DNA from: the human T2T-CHM13v2.0 reference genome, Homo sapiens
Length of the DNA stretch: 64,000 nucleotides
Assembly: GCF_009914755.1 (NCBI RefSeq)
Contig: NC_060943.1
Strand: one strand, 5' to 3'
Of the stretch, positions 19,431 through 52,772 are shown piece after piece. The notes under the pieces are model-generated. The model did not search any database, was not told the DNA's origin, and saw only the letters and a list, made by a program, of their open reading frames with translations. A program made the translations under genes and the position numbers. Within the stretch, counting starts at the first letter, position 1; each line of letters starts with the position of its first letter.

Positions 19431-20516
19431 CTGAGCCTTCCACCTGGCCACCCTCCTTCCTCCACCCCCGGGGTGCCCGTCCCCCCAGTCCACATACCAC
19501 AGAGTCCCAGGTGGCTGGAGAGAGCTCCTGGCTTCCAGGCCCTGGGCCATTCTGAGAAGCTGGATGAGGCAGCCTAGTGGCCATCCAGCTGCCCCTGCCT
19601 GGGACTGCCTGCCTACCCCTTCCCATCCTTGGCTCCATGCTAAAGGAAGGTGGGCTTCCTGGAGGAGCTGACATCTTAAGTGAGACCTGCAGGACAATAA
19701 AGGATTTCAGGCAGAGGGAACGGAATATGCCCAAATCCAGAGAATCCAGACCCTGTGCTTTCAGGAACTGGCAGGAGGCTGATGTGGCTAGAATGCAGAC
19801 TGTTGGGCTTGGGAGAGGGACTAGGGAGGCCAGGTAATGCTTGGCACTGTGGGAGCAGCAGGACCAGGGCAGCCCGAGTCTAGACATTATCTTGAGGGCA
19901 GTAAGGAGCCCTCAGCCCATTCTAACCCATCAGAGTTGGCCTCCGGAAGGATCGCCATGGCTGCAAACTGCCTAGCCTCTCATCGCCCCTCACCCGCTGT
20001 CACTCACACACCTGGGCCTCCTACCGTGCTGGCCAGGAAAGAGCTGCAAGTCCTCGGGCCCGAGGCTCGGCAGGCAGCCGACCTACCTTGCAGTCCTCAG
20101 GAGAAGCTGTCCAGGAACCCCACCCTCCTGAGCTCCCAGGGCTTTGGTGGGGAAGGGAGCCTCCCAGGGTCCCGGAGCACTAAACAAAAAGGAGCTGAAG
20201 GTCACCACACTTTGGCCATTTGCAGGGAGCCCTTCCCCACACAGGGGCGGCATGTTCCCTTGTGGCTGCCAGGGAGCCCCCAACACCCCTGGGAAGATGG
20301 CAGGTCGAGGGGAGGGGACATGGCCTGAAAACAAGGAAGCAGTCTGCAATGGGGAGATGTGGGGCATGGGGCTGTTTTAGACAGAGGAGGCGGCAGGTGC
20401 GCGTATGTAGGTTTGAGGTAGATTTTGCTACCCAGGAAATGGGCTCTTGCCTCTTCCACCTGCCTGTGAACTGGCCCTGGGACCCAGCAGGAGAGGCTCC
20501 CCTGAGTGACTTGTGA

Positions 20517-22841
<2,325 letters not shown>

Positions 22842-22859
22842 AGCAAGGTATGTTTAGGT

Positions 22860-25547
<2,688 letters not shown>

Positions 25548-25550
<3 letters not shown>

Positions 25551-25680
25551 AGAAGAAGAAAAAGAAGAAGAGGAAGAAGAGGAAGAGGAAAAGAAGAAGG
25601 AGGAGAAGGAGAAGGAGAAGAAGAAGGAGAAGATGATGAGGAGGAGGAAGAAAACAAAAAACAATACAAAACAAAACAAA
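25548..25680 (+). repeat. GAA/GAG polypurine tract derived from an Alu tail
   Basis: gaagaagaagaaaaagaagaagaggaagaagaggaag... Confidence 0.9.
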
Positions 25681-25699
25681 ACCTGTTCCAAACAGCAGG

Positions 25700-28230
<2,531 letters not shown>

Positions 28231-28373
28231 AATACAAAGGACTAATTATCTGAGTATCTATTATTCAAGTCCCTGTAATTATAAGACTGCTTTGAAAAAC
28301 AAAAGTATTCCTGGTACAATTACAGCAGCAACAATAATGATAATAAGAAATAACAAACGTTAAGCTCCTATGA

Positions 28374-30520
<2,147 letters not shown>

Positions 30521-31008
30521 AAATAGCAAAGGATTAAGAGAGGCCCTTAGGACGATAGCTGAAGCCATCAATTACCTTTTGCAAAACACAGTAGTATTGC
30601 AGAAGTCAGATGTGAAGTGAAGGGTGTCTTGTCATGATATCACACAATTTTATTAGAAAAATTATACTTTCAAAAAGTCAACATTAGATTTATTATTTCT
30701 AAGCAAACTTTTTATTCAAGTATAACATACCTATGGGAAAGTACACTGGATTTATATTTGTCTTAAAAATGACATTGTTGCAATTATAACCTAAATTTCA
30801 GTAAATATTAGATAAAGTAAATGTCTTTTTTGTACTACTTGGTTTCATGTCTCGGTATAACATTATGCATGAAATTTTGCCCTCCCCCAAGTGGATTCAC
30901 GCTAAAGTGTTTTTTCTTTTTCCTCTAATACAATTATTTTTGGATAATGATGATGACTTGTATCTCTTTCAGAAAGTAGTAGATTTCTGTAGAAAGGCCT
31001 CTGTAGGA

Positions 31009-33416
<2,408 letters not shown>

Positions 33417-34014
33417 TTACTTCTCTTCATTGCATTTTGTTTTATTTCATTGTTTTTACCCTTTCTAAGGACTTGTGAATAAATGCGTGGAACTGCAATG
33501 TGCATACAGTAGGCGCCCAAGCGGGGGCAGTGCAGCGCCTGCTCCCCGCCCGCGGGTGGCTACGCTGATGAGCCTGAGGCGGACAGCCCAGCCCTCCCGC
33601 CCGTAGGCAGCCTGACTCCAGGCCAAGGGGCAGCGGAGAGCTTCGGGGCTGCGCGCAGGAGCGCACGGCCAGGTGGGCTTTTTATGGCGCGGGCCGAGGA
33701 GGTCATTCTTTTTAGTGGGCTGTACAGCGTCCACCGCGAGGCACTTTATTTTTAGCTTCTTGAAGGCTACGATGGAGCCGCCTCCTCCGCTTTCCCAGTG
33801 CTTGCCTCCACCTCCCCCTTGACGCCCGGGTGCCCGCGGCTGCTCCTGGCTGCAGTGTCCCGATCTGTGTAGTGCAGGGTCCCTCTAGAGGTCCCCGGGC
33901 ACCCTCAACTCTCAGCCTCCGTCCCCTGGCGCAGAATATTCCAGCTCCCGGGTCATGGCCCTCCACCCCCACTCGAACCTCCATCCTGTTCTGCGCCCGT
34001 CCTGAATTGCTCTT

Positions 34015-34237
34015 TAAAATAGTAATAATAATTTCCACTTTGATTTTGGATTCGTTGCGGGGGGGGGGTTACACGTGCAGATTTGTTACACGGGTGTACT
34101 GTGAGGTTTGGGGTACGAATGATCCCGTTACCTAGATAGTGAGCATGGAACCCAGTAGGTGGTTTTTCAGCCCTTGCTTCGCCCACACCCCGTGGTAGTC
34201 CCCAGTGTCCGCTGGTCCATCTTTGTGCCCCCGTGCA
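34015..34237 (-). mobile_element. L1PB/old L1PA 3' end, 5'-truncated, inside the CpG island
   Basis: 'acacgtgcagatttgttacacggg...tgaggtttggggtacgaatgatcccgttacctagatagtgagcat...gtagtccccagtgtc'; TSD-like ttgctctt/ttgccctt flanks. Confidence 0.85.
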
Positions 34238-34885
34238 ATGCGTTGCCCTTGACGGGCCAGGTGATCTCCCCGAGGTGGGAGCCTGGCCACCCTCCCCCAT
34301 TCTGCAGCCTTCACCTCCAACACCCAGCCAGGGCCAGCTCAGAGGCGCCCTGACTTGCCCACGGGGCCTGCACCCATGCTCGCCCAAACCCCTCGCATCC
34401 AGCACTGCAGGCCGGGTTCTGAGCGTCGTCGGGCGTGGTGGAGCTCGGCGGGGCCCAGCGCGGGCCTTGCCGCGGGGACACAGGGCAGGGTCGCGCTCTG
34501 CCCTCTGCCGCCACTCCAGGTCAGCATCCTCAGGGCTCGCGTGGGTGACGGCCCGTCTCGTAGCGGGGGTGAGCTGGGCTGGTCCGAGGGGTCTCCGCGG
34601 CCTCCCCAGCCACAGTCCCCGCCCGCTCCGCGCCCTCCCCGCGGGGTCGATGGCTGGGGGACCCGGCTCCGGCCCAAGCCAATCAGTCCTTCCTGAGCAG
34701 CGTGAGGTGGCTGCCCGAGGGCGGGCGGGGTGCTGCTCTGGCGGGCTCCTGGAGGCCTGGGTGGCGCAGCCCGGGGGAGCGGAGGGAGGAGGCGGCCCTG
34801 AGACCGAGCCGCGCGGCGGGTGGGCTCCCCTGACCCGGCTCCGACCCGGCCCCGCGCCCTCCCGGCCGCTCGATCGCAAAGCGTC

Positions 34886-34904
34886 TGCTGCCATCTGGTG
34901 GCGG
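34886..34904 (-). promoter_or_regulatory. CTCF motif (reverse)
   Basis: Minus strand reads CGCCACCAGATGGCAGCA, a strong CTCF core. Confidence 0.75.
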
Positions 34905-36599
34905 CGCCCGGGCATCTGCGGAGCGGGGAAGCCTGGCCAGGCTGGTGCTCAGACCCCCACCCAGCGCCCCCGCGCCCCCGCGCCCGCGCCGCTCTCCCGG
35001 GAAGTCCCCAACAGCCTCTGGCTTTGCTCGGCTTCTCCCAGCAGAAACCGAGCCCCACGTCTCCTGGGAGCCAGCGCGCGGTGGCCGGTGCCGTGCCCAG
35101 GGGGTGACGTGCGTCCCTCTCTAACTCGGTTTTCTCATCTCTAAAATGGGGTTCATGGAAGTGCGTGCCTTGTGGAGGCTTCGCAAGGCTCCCAGGTTCC
35201 CTTAGCTCAGAAATCAGGCCTTACCCCTGAGGCGCGAGGCTGCGGGCACGAGGCTGCGATTTGGCGGCAGCCGTATTTGCACACTGTCACAGAATTAACC
35301 TCAGAGCTGGCTGGCTGCGGGTCCTGGAGGGGGTGCAGAAAAGGGGAGGGCGGGCCAGGCTCCCACCAGGAGCACCTGCAGATAGCCCTGATCGTCAAGA
35401 GCAAGGCATGACCCCTGCAGAACGGGCTGTAGGCTCGGGGCGAGGGGGGAGGGGGAGGGGACTGTCACCGGGGGGGGCCAGAATCCTCTGAGCCTGGGGA
35501 CAGGGGACTGAGCGAGGCAGGTAGAGCCCCAGGCCCAGGCAAGAGCTCGAAGAGTATTAGCTTTTGCTGTTGTAAACCCCATGGGGTGGTCTGCAAACTG
35601 CTTCCCATACTCGCTCCGTCATGCCCTGGCTCGGCTCTGACATCACTGGTGTTGGCCATATCGCGGATTTTCTGTTTCCCCCTCTGTAAACTGGGGATGC
35701 CAATGCCAGCCCCCACTCCCGGATGAGGTACCTGGTGTACAGATGGCTCGGCCACTCTGCTGACCGTGCCCCCGACATCATTGTTCCCCGGGGTTTTCCC
35801 TCTAAGCTCCCAGAGGTTAGTTAATTCTCTGCCAGTGTGCAGAGACTCCCACAGCTGCCCCCAAACCTTGAGGTCTCCCCCCATATCCTCCTGCCTTATA
35901 GGCAAGGCCTGTTTCCTGAGCCAAGGGAAGGCGGGTGTCTTTCCTGGGAACCCCCTCCGCACGATCACAGACTAGAGAGTCCAAACCACAGATCATGTTT
36001 TCTTTCCAAAAAAAGGAGCCCCACTGAGGCAGAAACTTCATTCTTTTAATAAGATGATGGTATGTTTAAGGAAAATAAATATTTCTTTTAAAAAAGAAAA
36101 GGCGATTTGGATCCACTCACATGCCAAGCACTGTCCCGGAGACCCAGGCTTGGTGCATGGCTGCGGAGGATTCCAGCAGGCATGCAACTTTAATTACTTC
36201 TCAGTGTACCACAGAGGTGGCCTGCAGCACCGGGTGTGACAGCAAGGTATGCCACCAGTAAGGGGGATGTCTCAGCAGCTGCCAGCACTCTGCCTGTGAA
36301 AACGCCAGCTCCAATTCAAAGGTATCAAATATTTGCCTAGCTGTTCAACATTTCTTCAAATAATATACTCACGACTAATTCATATCTGGACTCGACGTCT
36401 TCATCTCTCCAGGCCTCCCTCCTGGATTAGCGTGTCTTGTCTATTCCGGGAGAAAGTTGTCCTACATTCTAAAAATAGAGCTGGGAGTCTGGACATGGGC
36501 ATGCACAGTCAGGGGAGGCTTTATTTATTTATCTTAAGGGTTGTCCTCTGAAGACAGCTGCAGCTGAGCCTGGGACTCACTCATCAAATAGCCATTCGC

Positions 36600-40140
<3,541 letters not shown>

Positions 40141-40199
40141 TTACAACCTCCTGGATCTGCCGGGGTCCCCCTCCATCTCTGAGCCCTAACACTTCCCTT

Positions 40200-40620
40200 T
40201 GGGGACTTTTCCTTTCCATTGCGGTTTTGCTTTTCCCCCTTCACACGTCTCTTATCCCAGCTGTAGTTGGCTGTCTTGTTTGTTTTGTCCAAGTCACCCT
40301 GCTTTTCTTTGGAGGACCCATCCATGACTCACAGTCCATGTGATTTAGGTAGAGCTCCAGCAGGGAGTGGCACTACCCAGGAATGGCCAACCAATGAGGG
40401 CACAGAAGTGCAGCTGCAGGCCACTGTGATTGGTTCAGGGGTGGGCAGTGAGCTAAGCTGAACCAATCAGAACGAATCCCAAGATATGGCGGGGAAGTGC
40501 TGAACAAGCCCCTCTCCTTGAGCTGAGGCTGGGACTGAAGTTGTAGTCGCCTTTGGCGCCACTGGGGAGAGCCTGCCTGTGAAAGAATTCCACTCCGAGG
40601 ACAGCTGAGCCTCTCATGAC
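40200..40620 (+). mobile_element. MaLR LTR (MLT1J/K-like)
   Basis: 'ggccactgtgattggttcaggggtgggcagtgagctaagctgaaccaatcagaac'. Confidence 0.6.
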
Positions 40621-41271
40621 AATCTGGGTCCTGATGCCGCTGTTTGAGCCCCTGGGTGCAGGGCTGCTGGAAACTTCCGGAAGGAGATTGCTCTTCTCTC
40701 TGGGAGACGTCCCCGGGAAAGCTTCAGACCCTGCCATCTCGTCCATCCCCACCATGCCCACCACCGCTCTGGCTGAGGCAGCTCCCTGCGGAGTCCTGCT
40801 CCGGGCTCAGTCTCCCAGAGAGGCAGAGTCGGGCACCGTGGGCATGGGAGACCTGCAGCCTGCCTGGTTCTCAGCTCTCAGGGGCTGGCCAGGGTCACAG
40901 TTACTGTAGCCCAGGGGGATTCTGTGAGAGACAGATGGGCTAATTTGGCTCGTTCGTCATTTTTAATGCCCTAATTTCCTGTTTTACACGCAGAAATGGC
41001 CCATAAATGGCACAGCAGGCTTCAGGGAGCTGAACTTGTACTTCCCGCTGGGACTGACTTACTCCTACTTTTTGGAATCAGGTGCACCTGCAGCCGTTCA
41101 GGAGCTGGCTGGCCGACTGTCCCAGTACCTCCTTGGTCACCTTCATACGGAGCTTTGGTCCTTCAACTTTGGAAAGGGTTTTGATTACCGAATGCCAGGC
41201 TCTCTTTCAGTCGGATTTTCCTTTGCCCCACTTTATTTCATTTTGCTTTTTTTTTTTTAAATTATTTTCTG

Positions 41272-43402
<2,131 letters not shown>

Positions 43403-44709
43403 AGGAGTGACATGTTCATTCCAAGAGCCCATCTCTGTTCCTGTATTATTTACAACGGACGCTGGCCTTTCGGACCCCCAAACATGTAAGTGGTTCTAGC
43501 TCGAGGAGAGGTGTGAGGCATGTGCTATGGGTTCAAGTCCCAGCTCTACCACTGAGTAGTGAAAGGCCTGGGGAAGCTCCTTAACCTCTCACAGGCTTAC
43601 TTCCTGCCCCTGAGAAGTGGGAGCAGTGGGTAGCCCCAGGCGAGGGTGGGGGTTGGGGCAATGCCTGGCCCATAATGAAGCACCCTCTGCCGAGCCTCTG
43701 AGTGGCTGCCCCGAAGCCTGGGTGCAAGGCCCCTCTGTCACCTCTGGAGTACTTGCCTCCATCAAAGAAGGGAGCAGCTGCCTCCTGCCGGTGTTAGCCA
43801 GGCATAGGCTCTCTGCCCTCCCTGCCTGGGCTTTGTGTATTCTTGGTGTTCAAAAGGTATCTCTTGAATGATGTGTGAACAACTGGTAGAAACTCATCAG
43901 CACTTATGGAAATAGCACACCAAGTTGTCAACTGCCCGTAAACCCTTTGCCATCCCTCCGGTGGCAGCATGTTCCCCGCTGGTGGGGAGAAAGGGCCTTG
44001 CTTGGTCTCATGGACCAGCCAGGCAGGCAAGGAGGCCGCAAACACAGGACTAATAGCACCCTCGTGGCCTGCCCCCAGCCCTCATTTCAGAACGTGGCCC
44101 TTCCTGAAGCCGCTTTAGCTGGCTGGGGGAGGGGTGGGGTTGGAGGGGTGGAGACGGTAGCGGTTCTCCACCTTCCCTCTGCCCCGCTGTGCCGCCCAGC
44201 AGATGGGGAGTTAGCACGTCACAGGTGCAGCTCCACTTTGGTCACCTGGAGGCTCTGCTTGCAAATGTGGGGCTGGTGCTTGGAATTCAAGATGCCCAAT
44301 AAAGGATCCATCCACAGCGGCTGCCCACGGGAGCCATCTCTCTGTGGCTCCCAGGAGCCAGGAGGGCCTGGAGCTGGGGACAGGGGGAAGTTCTGATTTT
44401 AAATTGGGGAATTCTGACATCAGCCCAGTCTCGTTCCCCAGAAAGAAACTGGTCCCGTCTGCCGTCTTTCCAGATAGTTCCTTCTGGAGCAGAAGTAGTC
44501 CAAATTCCAAACCTCTGATTACTGACATTTGCGGTTAGTTTTTTGGTATTATTTTTATACAGGAAAACTTGTTCTGAATAATGCAACTTTACACAGACAC
44601 TCTCACCACTGGGCCTCACCAAGTCCTGATTTTCAAAACACTCAGAGCCCTTCCTGAGCTCACCTGAGAGATGCTGTCTTTGGAGTTTGTTCCTGATGAG
44701 TTTTAGAGA

Positions 44710-47710
<3,001 letters not shown>

Positions 47711-49254
47711 GGGAGCAGAGCGGGGGAAGAAAAAAAAAAAAACCCAGAGAGCACTGTTATTTACCCTGATGCCTCATTTTCAAGCATGCATTGTGAATAG
47801 AGCTGACCACAGTAGCACAGGTCTCACCGTAGGCCTCCAGGAACACCCTGCAACCTCAGTCTGCCCCTCCACATTCATTTCCAGGAAACTGGAGTTGATC
47901 GTTAATTCTCAGACATCCTTTGGTGCAGACTGGAGGATATCAATGAACATGAACACATGCGAGAGTTCCTGTACGGAGCTGTGGACCATAAACCACGCAT
48001 GCTGTCCCGGTGGCAAGTCAGGGGGCTTTCTGGGTAGTTCTGCTTTCTCTCCCTGTATGGAGAGTTCCACAGTGACTCTGGGGCAGGCAGGGTTGAGGGC
48101 CCCTTATCAGTCACCTGGTCCCTCCTCTCCTTCCCAATGTCACCCCCATTCTGCTGACCTCAATCCCTGCTCTCCAGCTACAGATACATTTCCTTGATCT
48201 TCACCTTGAAGCCTGGGCCCTTGCTCTTCTCTATTCCTGGCACATCCTCCTCACAGATCTTTACATAGCAGGTTGATTCTCACCCTTTAAGTCTTGCTCA
48301 AGGTCACCTCCTCTGAGAAACCCTCCCTGACCACCCAGGCTAAAGGAATCCCCGCCACCCCTCCCCTCCCACCCGCCCCCCGCCGCACAAAATGCTTCCC
48401 ACACCTGCCACATCTGGGTCAGTCTCCTGTCTGTAGAGTGCAAGTTCACAGCTCTAGTTACAGCAGCTACAACTGTGTCTGGAGCTGGGGTACTACCCCA
48501 TTTAACCATCTGTTGATTAATGCACTTGATTAACATCAGAGGACGTAAGGTCCTCGTAAAGCTAAGAAAGAATTTAGGAGAATGACTAGGGCTGGCCACA
48601 TTAGCAATGGACCCACAGTAGGAGGCTTCAGGGACACCCTGCCTGTGTCCCTCCAGTGTTCACTGCTCCCTTGCATGAGACCCAGAAAGGGGCTGGCACT
48701 CTGCTTGGGGAAAGGCTCTGCCTCCAGGAGACTGCTCTGTTGTGTGCAGAACAAGGGGGAAGTGCCAGAAATTAATGGCCCAGGGAACAGCCTTCAGCAA
48801 TGATGAAGAGAAGTTGGATAAGTAGCCCAGCTCTCATGTCTACGGGATGGGTCAAGGCTGAGTCTGCACTGCCTCCCAGAGGCCCCAGTAGAGGGGCTGC
48901 CTGCAGCAGTATCTGCTCAGTCATACACCCCTACACGTGTACACTAGGAAGGAAGTGCTGGCTTCCTTCCCTTCCCTGCTGCACACAACACTCCCTGAAA
49001 CATGCCTGCAAGAACCACCCCTTGGCTCAGCAGCTTTGCAGTGATGAATCCAACCTCTGCAGAAAAGGCACCCTGGTGTTCTAATTCCTGGGCATGGACA
49101 AACTGCCCCGAGGAGGATGAGAGGTGTCTCCTTCACCTCTGATGTTGTGTCTCAGGTTCCTGGGTAAAGGGACTCCTTTGGTTTCCTGGCTCCTGCCCCA
49201 CAGACAAATTAAACTGGACAAGGTGACAAAAGGAGTCATTTGGAAAAGTCTTGG

Positions 49255-49872
<618 letters not shown>

Positions 49873-50089
49873 CTAAAGACGGCAGGTGGAATGAGGAGTG
49901 GGAGAGAAGGGCGGGGAAAGGAGGTGAGATGCCTGGAGAAGTTGAGGTCCAGGGAACCAACTCCACCCAGAGCAAGCTCTCTGCAGGCAGGACTCAAGCA
50001 ACAGCCGCAGATGGGAGCAAAAAAAGTTTTGCTACTCCTCCCTCCCAGAGATATTTCTAAGAGCTCCATTTTCTTTCCAGTTGGCTAAG

Positions 50090-50900
50090 AAGCAAAAAAG
50101 GAACAATAGATTCAAGCTGAAATAATTTGCATTTATGATGAACACAAGGAATATCTACCTTGCATTTTCCTAAAAAAGAAAAATTAAACCCCATTTTTAA
50201 TTAACTGATAAACTATTAATCAAATTTTTGCAATGTTAGGTGACACATTATTCATTTAGATAGAATGACTGTGAACTTAAACTAATCAAATCTGATTTGC
50301 CCACATAGGCTTGATTGAAATACATTTTAACTAGCATATACAAAGAGAAAATCTTGGATTTCTTACCTAATCTTCAGAGTATACTGCTGAGTTAATAAGG
50401 GCAGTTTTTTTTTTAAATGAGACCACCATTTCTTCATCTGCATATCAAAATCAAGAGGAACTTAATTGCAAAACACATATTCCTGAAATCTAATCATTAC
50501 ACTGCTTTAGGGTATTTTATTGAAGCATGTTAAATTATGGACAGAATATTAATGATGAAACTAATCAAACCCAATTAGTCACTTCTAACAATAGTCACAT
50601 AAATATACAAGTCAGGTACTAAAGTACTGTAGATATGATGTAAAAATGGTTAAAATCTTAAATGTATGGAATATTTATGAAATATTCATGTTGAATTTAA
50701 AGCCAAAAATTATTGGGGTAAGTCACTTTAAAGAAAATAAATTAGGCAGTGTCCTATACTGTTTGACCGGAATTCACAAGTTCACATTTTCTTCAGGTAT
50801 CTTTGAATCTAGGAGATTAGTGAGTCTATAATCAATCAATCAGCAAAATTTTAATAAGATGACTTACCATATTCATGACCTAGTATTTCATTCTTGCATC
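50090..50900. promoter_or_regulatory. AT-rich non-repeat block, candidate conserved enhancer
   Basis: Much lower GC than the flanks; AACAAT 50102, ATTTGCAT 50125-50132, many TAAT/ATTA cores, CTTTGAA ~50801, AATCAATCAATC ~50830. Confidence 0.5.
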
Positions 50901-51614
50901 CAGAGACTTTTTTTTGGATTTTTGTTTTCTGACTTTTTCAAGGCCTTTTGGAAAGGGGTCTCCAGGCCTTGGAAAAGCAGATGGAGTGGTGGATGATTTC
51001 TGGGGTTGGGGATTTGCCATCCACACTGTCTCCTTCCCTGCCTCCAGCCCCAGGTGCAGAACTTGCTCTAGGGGCAAAAACAGTGAGGACAGAACAGAGG
51101 AGTCACTGCCCAGGGGGCCTCCTCCTCCTCCTCTCATACCTGAGGCTGCAGAGGAAGCTGAAGGGCCCAGGGGAGCTCCTGGCCTTGGCCTGAGAGGATT
51201 CTTGGTGGAAGATTCCAGGCTGGGGAGCCAGGCCAAAGCAGACAGGCAGTACTGGGTCTGGGGTTCCCCAGGCAGAGACCTCCCTCTGCTTCAGTTCAAG
51301 CCAGTCCCTTCTGGCTACCTGGGCCCAGACTCCAGCATCCACACATATACAGCCAGCAGTTTCATCACGTGGTAGCTACAGCTGCCTTCTTAATCAAGGA
51401 GGTTGTCAAGCCTCACCATTTGCTTTTCTGGCCCTTACCCTGTTCTGCTGTCCACTCCTGATCCCCCATTTCCTCCCTCCAGACTTCTTTCCAGGATGCT
51501 GCATTCCTACCACGTGTGCTGGGAATCTCAGCTCCTGGAGAAAGCCGGTCAGCGGCTCTGGGCCCTGCTCTGGCCAGACATCTCAAGTGGAGCACCACAG
51601 GAAATAGGAAACAT

Positions 51615-52772
51615 TGTTCATTCATTCATCCATCCACCCATCTATCCCATCCACCCACCCATCCACCCATCCATGCATCCATTCACCCATCCATCCATCC
51701 ATGTACCCATTCATGCACACATCTATCCATCCATCTACCCATGAATCTATCCCATCCATCCACCCACACATCCATCTACCCATTCATCCACCCATCTATC
51801 CATCCATCTACTCATGAATCTATCCCATCCACCCACCCATGCATCCATCTACGCATCCTTCTGCCCATCTATCCATCCATCTACTCATGAATCTATCCCA
51901 TCCATCCACCCATGCATCTGTGTACCCATTCAGGCATCCATCTATCCATCCACCTACCCATGCATCTATCCCATCCACCCACCCATCCATGCATCTAGTC
52001 ATCCATCCTTCCATCCGTCCATCCATCCATCCATCCATCCATCAATCCACATACCCATTAATCCACCCGTCTATCCATCTACCCATGCATTTATCCCATC
52101 CATCCACCCATGCATCCATCTACCCTTCCATCCACCCATCTATCCATCCATCTATCCCACCCACCCACCCATCCATCCATGCATCCATGCATCCATGCAT
52201 CCATGCATCCTTCCATCCATCCATCCACATACCCATTCATCCACCCATCTATCCATCCATCTACCAATGCATCTATCCCATCCATCCACCCATGCATCCA
52301 TCTACCAATCCATCCACCCATCTATTCATCCATCTATCCCACCCACCCATCCATGCATCTATTCACCCATCCATCCATCCATGTACCCATTCATCCACCC
52401 ATCTATCCATCCATCTACCAATGCATCTATCCCATCCATCCACCCATGCATCCATCTACCAATCCATCCACCCATCTATTCATCCATCTATCCCACCCAC
52501 CCATCCATGCATCTATTCACCCATCCATCCATCCATGTACTCATTCATCCACCCATCTATCCATCCATCTACCTACGAATCTATCCATCTATCCACCCAT
52601 TCATCCACCCATCTATCCATGGGTAGGTAGATACTCATGCATCTATCCCACCCACCCACCCACCCACCCATCCATGCATGCATGCATCCATCCATCCATG
52701 CATCAACCCACCCTTCCATCTATCCATCCATCCATCCATCCATCCATCCATCCATCCATCCATGCATCCCAT
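51615..52772 (+). repeat. (CCAT)n-derived satellite-like array with higher-order units
   Basis: 1.15 kb of CCAT/CTAT/GCAT variants; near-exact 154-bp duplication starting at 52231, 52385 and 52539. Confidence 0.95.

Larger units (their letters stand above)
33480..35480. promoter_or_regulatory. CpG island promoter 2 (probably bidirectional)
   Basis: Dense CpG; AGCCAATCAG (NF-Y) ~34677-34686; GC boxes; TGACGT 35105-35110; CTCF motif. Confidence 0.85.
33880..35555. repeat. Ancient inverted repeat: arms ~33880-34445 (split by L1) and ~35180-35555; third partial copy ~35720-35965
   Basis: Manual alignment, e.g. 34274 'ggtgggagcctggccaccctcccccattctgca' vs revcomp of 35334-35367 'ggtgggagcctggcccgccctccccttttctgca'. 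Confidence 0.8.

Noticed and set aside
34578-34589. GGCTGGTCCGAG resembling a Y RNA 5' end
   Set aside because: Only ~12 nt match; no Y RNA body, complementary 3' stem or T-run terminator
33953-35144. 320-, 303- and 239-aa ORFs in island 2
   Set aside because: Open in several frames on both strands because of GC content; one runs through an L1 fragment; no recognisable protein
36205-36265. Additional CTCF-like strings (also ~44193)
   Set aside because: Mismatches at core positions; too weak to call
50360-50870. Minus-strand GTAAG donors suggesting exons of a decayed gene
   Set aside because: No matching strong acceptors or open, recognisable reading frames
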